Below, one piece after another: positions 16,809 to 24,895 of a stretch of DNA of 34,224 bases. The stretch comes from Escherichia coli (GTDB lineage: Bacteria > Pseudomonadota > Gammaproteobacteria > Enterobacterales > Enterobacteriaceae), in the NCBI GenBank assembly GCA_025544715.1, contig GCA_025544715.1_4109.4. One strand, given 5' to 3'. Within the stretch, counting starts at the first letter, position 1. Each line of letters opens with the position of its first letter. The translations under genes and the position numbers were made by a program. The notes below the pieces were generated by a model. The model made no database searches and had not been told where the DNA came from. It worked only from the letters and a program-made list of their open reading frames with translations.

Positions 16809-17143
16809 TAGTACCTCGCATCAGGAACTTTAGCACGTAACTTATGAACGACTGGGAACAACAACAAACTTACATATGCAATAGTTGAACCCCAATAGAA
16901 TACTAATACAATTGGTTCACCATTAGAACGGAAACCTCTACTAATCATTGAGTAGTGAATAATAGGCATAATCATCGCCATACCAAACCATGCGTGTAAT
17001 TTTAATTGCAGCATGTTATCAGCGATGAATACTGAAATTGGTCGTTTAAAGAACCACATCAGAAAGTAGAATCCAGCACTAATAATATAGTACATGGTAC
17101 TAACTTTCATATACCACGGCAGTAAATCAATAAAGTACTCCAT
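16808..17143 (-). CDS. paralogous small membrane protein (tandem array), about 111 aa
   Basis: Second ATG preferred by SD GGAGGA spacing; C-term RAKVPDARY. Confidence 0.65.
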   Translation of the reverse strand: MEYFIDLLPWYMKVSTMYYIISAGFYFLMWFFKRPISVFIADNMLQLKLHAWFGMAMIMPIIHYSMISRGFRSNGEPIVLVFYWGSTIAYVSLLLFPVVHKLRAKVPDARY

Positions 17144-17490
17144 CATTCCTCCGGTATCTTGTTTCGAAGGTCAATCATAACACAACAAAGTTTAATGATC
17201 AAGTGAAAAAATACACATATCATACCAATTGTTCCATAAACGACTGAAAAAGCAGGTAGTGCTTTTCCGGCTAGAACAGCCACAATACATGCAATCAATG
17301 TTGATGCAAACAACGATTGATTAATGAAAGAATTCATAAAATCTTTACCATTACGCTTATAGAATTGTCGTTTAAAATACCATCCTAGAAACATAACCAC
17401 CCAAAATGTTACATAACCTGTTAGAATAATCCCTGCAAGTGAATGTGCAACTGGACTACTCCTTAAAAACTCAATATAAGCTTCAAACAT
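17143..17490 (-). CDS. paralogous small membrane protein (tandem array), 115 aa
   Basis: ATG; C-term DLRNKIPEE. Confidence 0.65.
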   Translation of the reverse strand: MFEAYIEFLRSSPVAHSLAGIILTGYVTFWVVMFLGWYFKRQFYKRNGKDFMNSFINQSLFASTLIACIVAVLAGKALPAFSVVYGTIGMICVFFHLIIKLCCVMIDLRNKIPEE

Positions 17491-17828
17491 TAGAAGTCTC
17501 CGCGAATTTTATCTCTACCATGAATAATGAGATGGATTAAGTATACACCTAACCAAATGAACAACCCAAAGAATACAATATATTGCGAGATTGAGTTCAA
17601 GTGAGGATTAGCACAATAAATTAAGTGTGCCATAAGACCAACAATTGCAAACAAACCTTGAACAAGTGTGTAAAGAACTAGTGATGAATTCCTCACTGGA
17701 TACAGTTTAAAAACAATTTTCTTTTTAAAATACCACAGTACTACAACCAGTGCATGATAAAAGAAAAAACCAAAAAGATAAATCAAAGTAATACTAAGCA
17801 TTGTATCTGACTTAAAGAATGTTAACAT
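17490..17828 (-). CDS. paralogous small membrane protein (tandem array), 112 aa
   Basis: N-term MLTFFKSDTMLSITLIYLF; near-duplicate of 17828..18169. Confidence 0.7.
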   Translation of the reverse strand: MLTFFKSDTMLSITLIYLFGFFFYHALVVVLWYFKKKIVFKLYPVRNSSLVLYTLVQGLFAIVGLMAHLIYCANPHLNSISQYIVFFGLFIWLGVYLIHLIIHGRDKIRGDF

Positions 17829-18169
17829 TAGAATTCCCCTTTAATTCTATCACGAGCTTTAATAATAAAGTACATGCTACACACCAACAACCACACGATT
17901 AGACCTGAAAAAACAAGATATTGTGTAATGTGTGGTGTATTATCAATTTGTAACATGTAAATCGCATATATCATCACACCAAATAAAATAAACCCACCTT
18001 GGATAATACTATATAAAACTAAGACTACATTATCATACGAATACAATTTAAAAACAATTTTCCTTTTAAAATACCACAGACTAATTACAATTGAATGATA
18101 ACACAAAAATACAAACATGTAAATTAGCGTGATACCAAGCATTGTATCTGAATTAAAAAACTCAAGCAT
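17828..18169 (-). CDS. paralogous small membrane protein (tandem array), 113 aa
   Basis: N-term MLEFFNSDTMLGITLIYMF; C-term KARDRIKGEF; SD GGAGA. Confidence 0.7.
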   Translation of the reverse strand: MLEFFNSDTMLGITLIYMFVFLCYHSIVISLWYFKRKIVFKLYSYDNVVLVLYSIIQGGFILFGVMIYAIYMLQIDNTPHITQYLVFSGLIVWLLVCSMYFIIKARDRIKGEF

Positions 18170-18198
18170 ATCGTATCTCCGGTGGTGAATATTAAGTT

Positions 18199-18227
18199 AT
18201 AGTACTACACTATGGTAGTACTGTCAA
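18199..18227 (-). promoter_or_regulatory. sigma70-like promoter TTGACA-17-TACTAT with inverted repeat GTAGTACT/AGTACTAC in the spacer
   Basis: Minus-strand read: TTGACA (plus 18222-18227), 17-nt spacer, TACTAT (plus 18199-18204); upstream of the membrane-protein array. Confidence 0.5.
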
Positions 18228-18234
18228 TATTGAA

Positions 18235-19005
18235 TTAAATTTTTTCAAGGAACAAGTTTTCGCACTGTTCTTCCCAATCGTATGGGTTGTTGTTATATAC
18301 TGCCGAAATCAACAGTGGCATACGCAGTGAAGGCGAACGAAGAGAATCTTCGTGCTTCAACATCCAATTCAGAATTGCTTTACTACCATTACGGTTAATA
18401 CCCTTAGATTCTAAAATGTTAGTCTGATTCATCACGTTCTCAATGTGAATCATGATATCGCTTTTGGTCTGAATCTGTAAGTCAACGTATACAGAACGAG
18501 ACATAAGAGCAGCATAGTGAGCAGACATTTTAGTTTTAGCTTTAGAATCTAATGCTAAATCTTTGTTAGTGATGAATACGATACGACCGTTGAAATCAAA
18601 GCTGTTAGGGATACCGTTGGTGCTCAGGTACTTAGAGCTAGTCATATAAGACACGGTACGCTTACCACTATCCAGTACTGCTTTGAGCAGGTTCATACCG
18701 TCTTCAGAATCAAAGATGCTGTCCATATCGTCCAGTACTAACACGTTGGTTCTATGACGATTCTTGTACAGAACTTCGTACAGAGCCAGAGTAGTCATTT
18801 TACCACTGATGGTAGCTACGTTCCATTCTGCTGCGTCATGAGCTTTCTGGAGGCGTTGTGACAGGGTGTAAGTCTTACCAACACCAGGTGCACCGCTGAC
18901 AACCATACTTTTTACAGTACTGCTATCGTCGAGCAAACACTCAAGAGCAACCATCATGGAGTTGAAGTTTTTCTGGATTTGAATGCTACGTGCTTCTCTG
19001 GTCAT
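18235..19005 (-). CDS. P-loop NTPase (Walker A GAPGVGKT, Walker B VLVLDD), 256 aa
   Basis: ATG with SD GAGGAT; Walker motifs read directly; single-gene unit between a cassette and the next promoter. Confidence 0.75.
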   Translation of the reverse strand: MTREARSIQIQKNFNSMMVALECLLDDSSTVKSMVVSGAPGVGKTYTLSQRLQKAHDAAEWNVATISGKMTTLALYEVLYKNRHRTNVLVLDDMDSIFDSEDGMNLLKAVLDSGKRTVSYMTSSKYLSTNGIPNSFDFNGRIVFITNKDLALDSKAKTKMSAHYAALMSRSVYVDLQIQTKSDIMIHIENVMNQTNILESKGINRNGSKAILNWMLKHEDSLRSPSLRMPLLISAVYNNNPYDWEEQCENLFLEKI

Positions 19006-19033
19006 TTCGTTATCCTCATCAGTTGATGAAATA

Positions 19034-19066
19034 ATTATAGCAAAAAGGGCCGACCGAAGTCAACCC
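19034..19066 (-). terminator. bifunctional cassette: UUCG-tetraloop terminator hairpin containing -35 TTGACT, 18-bp spacer, -10 TATAAT
   Basis: Minus RNA GGGUUGAC-UUCG-GUCGGCCC then UUUUU; TTGACT within hairpin, TATAAT 18 nt downstream; folds only in minus sense (G.U pairs). Confidence 0.7.
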
Positions 19067-19081
19067 TTTTTATAAACATAT

Positions 19082-19408
19082 TTAATACACACAATTACCC
19101 ATATCAATATTTTTACCATTATAGGTAATAATATATTTTATCTTATTAGGTTTAATAACAAAAACTTTTAATTTTTGATTCAATTTATCATTTGAAAAAA
19201 TAGTATACGAACCACTTCCATCTTTAAATACTTCTTGACTTTCAAACATAAACTTCTTTCCATCTATTTTTGCTGTTTGTGTTGTTACATCCAAATACAA
19301 ATTGTAGATAGTGTCAGTTTTTGTGGATTTACATGTTGTTGATGCTTCAGTTTTTGCATTCACTGTTGTTGATAAACACATTAACATAACTAACATTAAC
19401 TTTTTCAT
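19082..19408 (-). CDS. small secreted protein (signal peptide), 108 aa
   Basis: ATG with SD GAGG; N-term MKKLMLVMLMCLSTTVNA. Confidence 0.65.
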   Translation of the reverse strand: MKKLMLVMLMCLSTTVNAKTEASTTCKSTKTDTIYNLYLDVTTQTAKIDGKKFMFESQEVFKDGSGSYTIFSNDKLNQKLKVFVIKPNKIKYIITYNGKNIDMGNCVY

Positions 19409-19428
19409 TTTAATTAACCTCTTTTGTT

Positions 19429-20568
19429 TTACAAAATTACTTCACCAAAAATACCATTGATATCACGTTCAATGATGTATTCACCTTCATGTTCAGCTAA
19501 GAACTTTTTAATGGCTTCGTTAACTTTAGGACGATGAATGTTGTTGAATGTTTCAGTGCAACCATCTCCCTTTTCATAATAACCTTTATTATATAGTTTA
19601 CCACATAACGCAATTGTATGTATTATTATTTCCAATTCTCTAGCAAGTTTCCCACCCACATTCTTATGAAATAAAATGGAAATTTCATTACTCCAAAAAT
19701 TATCTACTTTATATATTTTTTTATAAGATAAGTTTTGTGGACTTAATCTTGCTTTAATAGTTTTGTTTGTAATACCAGCTTTATCCGAATTTTTTGCATA
19801 ATCATTGTGAATATAAAATCTTCCAGGCTTGGAAGTTTTAAATCCTGTTACTGCACACGTGGGACAACCAGAACCAGACAGATGTGAATTTGGTGTTTGT
19901 TGAAATTCACCATGTTCTTTGCATATTATAATAGAGGTTACTTGGTTGTTAATGTAGTCATATAAAGAATAATCATACTTATTTCCGTGTATAAGATGTG
20001 ATTTTTTTATAAATTCACCTAAAGTTTGTTTTAAAGTTTGTTTCGTGCATTCTTGACAACCAATTTTACCAGTAGCTAAGTCAGTAATTGTGGGTTTTTT
20101 TATATCACCACAATCATTACATACTACTTCAATTTTAGTTCTACTAGGAAGTGTAGAGTTAAACGAAGTTATTCCACTATAAGTAAATTTATCATAACCA
20201 TATTTTTTGTTGATGACACTAATATGATTAATAGTGTAATATGGAATATTAATAATATTGTAAAAAATCTTACCATTAAATCCCTGCCTAATAAAATTCG
20301 TGCAGGTGGCTCCAATAACTAACATACCATCGTTATTCACTACAAGTTTGGTTTTTGATTTAGATATATAATCTTGTGATCTATTGATATAGAATCCAAG
20401 AACTCTTGGATCATTTATTTCACCCATAATACTAATAGGATCTTGAGCAATGTTGGATTTTTTTACAAAATTTATATCTTCGGCTTTCATCCACTCAAAA
20501 AGCATTCCATGCTCTTCATAAAAATAAACTTTTTCACCATCTTCATTAAAATAGTACTGTTCAAACAT
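19429..20568 (-). CDS. putative nuclease/homing-endonuclease-like protein (zinc-ribbon CxxC pairs plus GIY-YIG-like T5orf172-type segment), 379 aa
   Basis: ATG with SD AAGGAG; CNDCG...CQEC and HGEF...GSGCPTC motifs; FYIHNDYAKNSDKAGITNKTIKARL resembles T5orf172 signature (from memory, not searched). Confidence 0.45.
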   Translation of the reverse strand: MFEQYYFNEDGEKVYFYEEHGMLFEWMKAEDINFVKKSNIAQDPISIMGEINDPRVLGFYINRSQDYISKSKTKLVVNNDGMLVIGATCTNFIRQGFNGKIFYNIINIPYYTINHISVINKKYGYDKFTYSGITSFNSTLPSRTKIEVVCNDCGDIKKPTITDLATGKIGCQECTKQTLKQTLGEFIKKSHLIHGNKYDYSLYDYINNQVTSIIICKEHGEFQQTPNSHLSGSGCPTCAVTGFKTSKPGRFYIHNDYAKNSDKAGITNKTIKARLSPQNLSYKKIYKVDNFWSNEISILFHKNVGGKLARELEIIIHTIALCGKLYNKGYYEKGDGCTETFNNIHRPKVNEAIKKFLAEHEGEYIIERDINGIFGEVIL

Positions 20569-20797
20569 TACTTAAAACTCCTTTCCAGTACTGAACCCGT
20601 CCAGCACCATTAATCTTAGCTTTAATCTTATCTTTTTCGACAAGACCTTCTTTGAAATCGATGGAAGTATTATCGCACTGAATTACATCTAAGTCAAGTA
20701 CTTCTTGTGTACTTAATGAAGTATTATCTGCAATTTGTTGTAAAGTAATTACATCAGTACCGAAGAATTCAGCTAATCGTATAAAAGATAGTTTCAT
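20561..20797 (-). CDS. hypothetical protein, 78 aa
   Basis: ATG with SD AAGGTAA, directly downstream of cassette 20824-20856. Confidence 0.6.
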   Translation of the reverse strand: MKLSFIRLAEFFGTDVITLQQIADNTSLSTQEVLDLDVIQCDNTSIDFKEGLVEKDKIKAKINGAGRVQYWKGVLSNV

Positions 20798-20823
20798 GTA
20801 TTACCTTATATGTTGATGAAATA

Positions 20824-20856
20824 ATTATAGCAAAAAGGGCTGACCGAAGTCAACCC
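20824..20856 (-). terminator. bifunctional terminator/promoter cassette (copy 2)
   Basis: GATGAAATAATTATAGCAAAAAGGGCTGACCGAAGTCAACCCTTT; same architecture as 19034-19066. Confidence 0.7.
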
Positions 20857-20862
20857 TTTATG

Positions 20863-21222
20863 TTATTCTAATTCACTCATAGTACTAATAGTTAATCCCA
20901 TTTCTTCTGCAATGTTGCATAACATACCAACTGCATTACGAAGAATATCAGTGTTGTCCACCGATAATGATGAGTTTTCATTTACAGTTGAAGACTCAAT
21001 GTAGTACTCAAAATAACGAGAAGTTGAACGCACAACTTTAACACCTTCATACTTCTGTAGTTCAGAGTTGATACGCTCGATTAGTGAATCTTCCAGTGCT
21101 CGATAGTCACCATTCATTCCACGTTTCCATCCATCAGCAGGACGGAAATAAAAAGTTTTTGTACGTTGAATTGTTGAGATTGTTAGTGGGTTGTATTCTG
21201 CGATTTCACTTAAAGATGCCAT
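20863..21222 (-). CDS. hypothetical protein, 119 aa
   Basis: ATG with SD GAGGA. Confidence 0.6.
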   Translation of the reverse strand: MASLSEIAEYNPLTISTIQRTKTFYFRPADGWKRGMNGDYRALEDSLIERINSELQKYEGVKVVRSTSRYFEYYIESSTVNENSSLSVDNTDILRNAVGMLCNIAEEMGLTISTMSELE

Positions 21223-21328
21223 GTTGTATTCCTCATTTGGTGATGTACATAATACAGAAAGATAGAACAGGTGTCCATGTTTATATCTAAAATATCCAAA
21301 TACTTTGGTGTAGCAAATACTACATCAA

Positions 21329-21523
21329 CTAATCCTCGCTGAAGACAACAATAAGGAATGACACGAACAATGCCGCATAACAAGGAGCTATCTTCATGTA
21401 CCACGGAACTTCATAATACCATGTACCCAATTCATCCCACGAAAAGATTATACTCACACCGAAGCCGATTAGCGAAAGTACAATGAAAGAAATCCAGAAA
21501 CGCTTTGAATATACTAATAACAT
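21329..21523 (-). CDS. small membrane protein, 64 aa
   Basis: ATG with SD AAGGA; two hydrophobic segments. Confidence 0.5.
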   Translation of the reverse strand: MLLVYSKRFWISFIVLSLIGFGVSIIFSWDELGTWYYEVPWYMKIAPCYAALFVSFLIVVFSED

Positions 21524-21530
21524 GTTATGT

Positions 21531-21560
21531 TCCTTTATGTGACCGAAGTCAATCCTTTCC
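21531..21560 (-). terminator. degenerate partial copy of the terminator/promoter cassette
   Basis: GTGACCGAAGTCAATCC retains the loop and 3' arm only; lies just past the denV stop. Confidence 0.3.
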
Positions 21561-21561
21561 T

Positions 21562-22077
21562 TTAATAATTATTCATTTCATCTTTGATTTGTTCTTCAAT
21601 TTCGTCGAACATATCAGTACTAGATTCGTTCTTACTACTTACGTTCTGCATATCTTTAACGTACTGTGGACATTCAACATCAGTAAACTTATACCACTTA
21701 GGCTTCATCTGGAGCTTCTCAATCAAACGATCACGAGACATTTTAATCTCTGACTCCGATGGTACGTAGTCATTACAAAACTCAGCAGGGAATCCGCTAA
21801 TGTCGTTTACTTCAGTGTTTTGAATCTTCATACCACGACGCAAACATTCGTTAACAATATCAATATGACGCTTCTGTAAGTACAATAACTTGTTGTAGAA
21901 GAATGTTACATGACCTGAACCCAACAGGTAAGTACTGTTAATTTTGAAATCACGTACACGCTTACGTGCTTGAACGTGTTTTTGTACAGCACCAAATACA
22001 CGTGGGAGTTCACGATATTCAGCCATCAGATGTTGGTCAGCAAGTTCTTTAACGTGTACTAAGTTAATGCGTGTCAT
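21562..22077 (-). CDS. denV: endonuclease V (pyrimidine-dimer DNA glycosylase/AP lyase) homolog with about 33-aa acidic C-terminal extension
   Basis: N-term [31 protein letters not shown]...KRVRDFKI...[10 protein letters not shown] matches T4 endonuclease V as recalled; ATG with SD GAGGATG; preceded by cassette. Confidence 0.9.
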   Translation of the reverse strand: MTRINLVHVKELADQHLMAEYRELPRVFGAVQKHVQARKRVRDFKINSTYLLGSGHVTFFYNKLLYLQKRHIDIVNECLRRGMKIQNTEVNDISGFPAEFCNDYVPSESEIKMSRDRLIEKLQMKPKWYKFTDVECPQYVKDMQNVSSKNESSTDMFDEIEEQIKDEMNNY

Positions 22078-22105
22078 GTATTCATCCTCTCGTTTCGATG
22101 AAATG

Positions 22106-22138
22106 ATTATAGCAAAAAGGGCCGACTGAAGTCAACCC
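22106..22138 (-). terminator. bifunctional terminator/promoter cassette (copy 3, loop variant CUUC/CTGA)
   Basis: GATGAAATGATTATAGCAAAAAGGGCCGACTGAAGTCAACCC; drives denV. Confidence 0.65.
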
Positions 22139-22144
22139 TTTTCT

Positions 22145-22414
22145 TTATTCAATGATCCCCAACTTAACAATCTCATACCCATCCAAATATCCATATGAAC
22201 ACTCAGGCGTTTCATAGGATGAACCATCATGAATGCCCTGGCATTGACTTTTAGAACGCTCAAGCAATCGTTGCAGTACTGATACGTCCTCAAGAACGTA
22301 ACACAAGGATACATCTGGGTCTTCCACGATACAGTACTCCAATATATCAAAGGTATTAATGAAAATTACAATCTTAGCGAATTGTTTCTTTTCTTTATTA
22401 TACAGTGCGTACAT
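22145..22414 (-). CDS. hypothetical protein, about 89 aa (start moved to internal ATG)
   Basis: Track start is non-ATG; ATG giving MYALYNKEKK has SD GGAGA and abuts the upstream stop at 22416. Confidence 0.5.
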   Translation of the reverse strand: MYALYNKEKKQFAKIVIFINTFDILEYCIVEDPDVSLCYVLEDVSVLQRLLERSKSQCQGIHDGSSYETPECSYGYLDGYEIVKLGIIE

Positions 22415-22415
22415 A

Positions 22416-22787
22416 TTAATCTCCATAATCAAGTTTAACTAACTTACCACCCAGATACCCAAAGTTTTCTGGCTTCGCATCTGAATAGAAGAAGTCAGTA
22501 CTCAACTCTGATTTTGATGCCAACGTACACAACTCCACCCAAAATAAACCCCTATGTTGCACTGGCTTACAACGTTTCTGTACTGTTATTAAACCAGTGC
22601 ATGATGACCACAAAGTAGGGCAGATACCACTATCACCACGATTGGAGTACTGCATCCATGAACGTTCATTGAGGTTAGCTATCATTCCAGTTAGGAATAA
22701 CTTCCAGCTTTTGAAGGTTGGAATCTTAATAGCGTATTCCCCAATGAGGATAACAGTTCGGGTTGCACCTTTCAAATCTATATTCAT
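22416..22787 (-). CDS. mini protein-kinase-like protein, about 123 aa (start moved to internal ATG)
   Basis: Track start is GTG overlapping upstream gene; ATG 22785-22787 lies 8 nt after upstream stop; motifs GEYAIKIP, DAKPEN, KLDYGD at kinase-typical spacing. Confidence 0.5.
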   Translation of the reverse strand: MNIDLKGATRTVILIGEYAIKIPTFKSWKLFLTGMIANLNERSWMQYSNRGDSGICPTLWSSCTGLITVQKRCKPVQHRGLFWVELCTLASKSELSTDFFYSDAKPENFGYLGGKLVKLDYGD

Positions 22788-22795
22788 ATTTTTAA

Positions 22796-23047
22796 TTAGA
22801 AGAACACAAACCAAGTCCAGAATAAATTCCACACTACAAATAAAGACATAGTAATTTTATGTACAATATCAGCAGTACTGGTCCATCCTCCCCCGTGTCC
22901 TATCCCATTTATGAATAGAACTAAGAACAATATACCATTTACTACAATAGTACATACTAAGTACACAAACACATTCCATGCAAGTTCAGGGGATACTAAA
23001 GTAAATGGTAAAACAATTAGTAGTATTAGAAATAATAAAATTTTCAT
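22796..23047 (-). CDS. small membrane protein, 83 aa
   Basis: ATG with SD GAGGCG; hydrophobic throughout. Confidence 0.6.
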   Translation of the reverse strand: MKILLFLILLIVLPFTLVSPELAWNVFVYLVCTIVVNGILFLVLFINGIGHGGGWTSTADIVHKITMSLFVVWNLFWTWFVFF

Positions 23048-23086
23048 TTATCGCCTCACTTAATTAACGTGACATATCACGTAATA

Positions 23087-23263
23087 TTAGTACGAATCAG
23101 ATTCCCAGTACTCGATTGCTTCTTTCAGCAATTCTTTAGCACGTTGTTTTGCAATGCGAGCGGGAAACTGATATGTGTACATTAACTGACGCTTCACTTC
23201 ATTCAGTGAAAGCTGTTCATGGTACAGTGCATCCATCAGTCGATTACGAGTACGTAGTTTCAT
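23087..23263 (-). CDS. hypothetical small protein, 58 aa (below track cutoff)
   Basis: Hand-translated: MKLRTRNRLMDALYHEQLSLNEVKRQLMYTYQFPARIAKQRAKELLKEAIEYWESDSY; fills gap between neighbours. Confidence 0.4.
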   Translation of the reverse strand: MKLRTRNRLMDALYHEQLSLNEVKRQLMYTYQFPARIAKQRAKELLKEAIEYWESDSY

Positions 23264-23274
23264 ATAAGTTATCC

Positions 23275-23829
23275 TTATTTCAAAGAATCATAGTAAGCAG
23301 TGTCAAAGATTGGAGTCATAATAACATAGTCAATACGGTCAATGTAAGTTGAACTCCACATTTCAGGTTTATCATATAAATGACGTTCACGTTCATTAAT
23401 AATAGTTAATACTTCTTCCAATTTACTACGTGAAGCCATCAAAGTATCACGGGAGCCATAAGTGAAGTACTCAGTCCATTGATATTCATATGCAGTATAG
23501 ATAGATTGAATAGTACCATCTTTGAAATGAGCTAAAGCATAACCTTTCTCTACAAAGTTATCAGGTGGAAGAACACCATCTGGATTAGTTTTCAATGCTT
23601 GTGCTAACTTTTCTTTAATTTCAGTTAACGTGCATACTGAACGAATGTTCTTCAGGTTTGATACTTGAAAATCACTGTACTTTCCAAAGAAAAAGACACG
23701 CCAATCTTTAGGTTCATTATCAGATACGGTAACATCAGGGTGATGGGCGAGTAAACGAAGAAGTCCAGCTTTGTGACCGTTAATGTAGATTTCATGGATG
23801 TGGTTAGCAGTTTTCTTAAAAGTAATCAT
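23275..23829 (-). CDS. hypothetical protein, 184 aa
   Basis: ATG with SD GAGGAA; first gene after promoter 23877-23904. Confidence 0.65.
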   Translation of the reverse strand: MITFKKTANHIHEIYINGHKAGLLRLLAHHPDVTVSDNEPKDWRVFFFGKYSDFQVSNLKNIRSVCTLTEIKEKLAQALKTNPDGVLPPDNFVEKGYALAHFKDGTIQSIYTAYEYQWTEYFTYGSRDTLMASRSKLEEVLTIINERERHLYDKPEMWSSTYIDRIDYVIMTPIFDTAYYDSLK

Positions 23830-23876
23830 GGTAGTTCCTCGATTGTAGGGATGAGAAGTTCATCCCCTTGATAAGC

Positions 23877-23904
23877 ATTATACAGTACTGAATGTGTTTG
23901 TCAA
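23877..23904 (-). promoter_or_regulatory. sigma70-like promoter TTGACA-16-TATAAT with CAGTACTG box abutting the -10
   Basis: Minus-strand read: TTGACA (plus 23899-23904), 16-nt spacer ending in CAGTACTG, TATAAT (plus 23877-23882); hairpin GGGATGA..TCATCCC follows at about 23848-23868. Confidence 0.55.
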
Positions 23905-23905
23905 T

Positions 23906-24286
23906 TCAAAATAAATTCATTTCATGTGCGTATTGTGGTTCAAGATAAGATAAGTTTTTGAAACTGTCTTTCAATTCCGCATCATCTACGTACACAGTAC
24001 CAGGTATATTCCCCATAGTGAAGCCAACCCAAACAGTCATGTTTCCAGTTCCTAAGCGGGGCATTGATAGCGTCCCATCAGGTGAAACATCAAACGCTAC
24101 ACTAAAGTCATCCGTTACAACTTCCGAACCATTTTCCAGAATAATACAACCACGTTCTTTAAGCTTCTGAATGTGGATAGCAGCCTCTACAGCACGTTTA
24201 AAGTTATAGTAAGACTCTTTATCCTCAAACATAGATTGTTTAACCAAACGCTTGTTTAGCTCGGTTACTTTGTACATTTGTCGCAT
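23906..24286 (-). CDS. hypothetical protein, about 126 aa (start moved to internal ATG)
   Basis: ATG 24284-24286 shares one base with upstream stop (TAATG); track start would overlap upstream gene by 16 nt. Confidence 0.55.
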   Translation of the reverse strand: MRQMYKVTELNKRLVKQSMFEDKESYYNFKRAVEAAIHIQKLKERGCIILENGSEVVTDDFSVAFDVSPDGTLSMPRLGTGNMTVWVGFTMGNIPGTVYVDDAELKDSFKNLSYLEPQYAHEMNLF

Positions 24287-24540
24287 TATTTCAACACCCA
24301 TAGTGGTAGGATTTCATAAGAACCTGGAGGTGCTGGATTGATAATCTCAGGGTATTCAGTACTGTTAGGATTACCACCAGCATTGAACTCAGCAAGTAAT
24401 AATTCGAGTTCATTCCTATCATGAACAACAAACACGCAATATCCAGTTCCTTCTTCAAGAACTGTAGTTGAACCCGCACAATCCCATACGGTATCAATAC
24501 ATAATAATTCTTTAGTGTCTTTATTACGCAATGCAAACAT
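24286..24540 (-). CDS. hypothetical protein, 84 aa
   Basis: ATG with SD AGGAGA. Confidence 0.6.
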   Translation of the reverse strand: MFALRNKDTKELLCIDTVWDCAGSTTVLEEGTGYCVFVVHDRNELELLLAEFNAGGNPNSTEYPEIINPAPPGSYEILPLWVLK

Positions 24541-24549
24541 ATATGTCTC

Positions 24550-24894
24550 CTATCGATTCGGCATATTCTTACGTAGTCGCAAGAGAAATTCAACTACTGA
24601 CCATGTTGTAATGAAGGCAATATAAGTTGCAAGGAATCCGGTAAGAATAAATGCAACCAGCGTACTACCATTTGGTGCATCAGTTTTAATGCCGATGACA
24701 CCATCGGCTACAGTGAAACATGTAGCCATTAATGTGTAACCTACGTACAACACAAAGAAAAACTCATTCTCCATTGAAGGATAGAAACGGTTAAACACTT
24801 TATAAAATTTAAAGTACAGTAGGATTATACCAACAAAGGCATAGAATGTAAACAGTGTTGTTATAATATATGAGATTAGGTTCAAATTATACAT
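24550..24894 (-). CDS. paralogous small membrane protein (second array), about 114 aa (start moved to internal ATG)
   Basis: Track start GTG; ATG 24892-24894 with SD GGAG just after upstream stop; C-term RLRKNMPNR. Confidence 0.6.
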   Translation of the reverse strand: MYNLNLISYIITTLFTFYAFVGIILLYFKFYKVFNRFYPSMENEFFFVLYVGYTLMATCFTVADGVIGIKTDAPNGSTLVAFILTGFLATYIAFITTWSVVEFLLRLRKNMPNR

Positions 24895-24895
24895 A

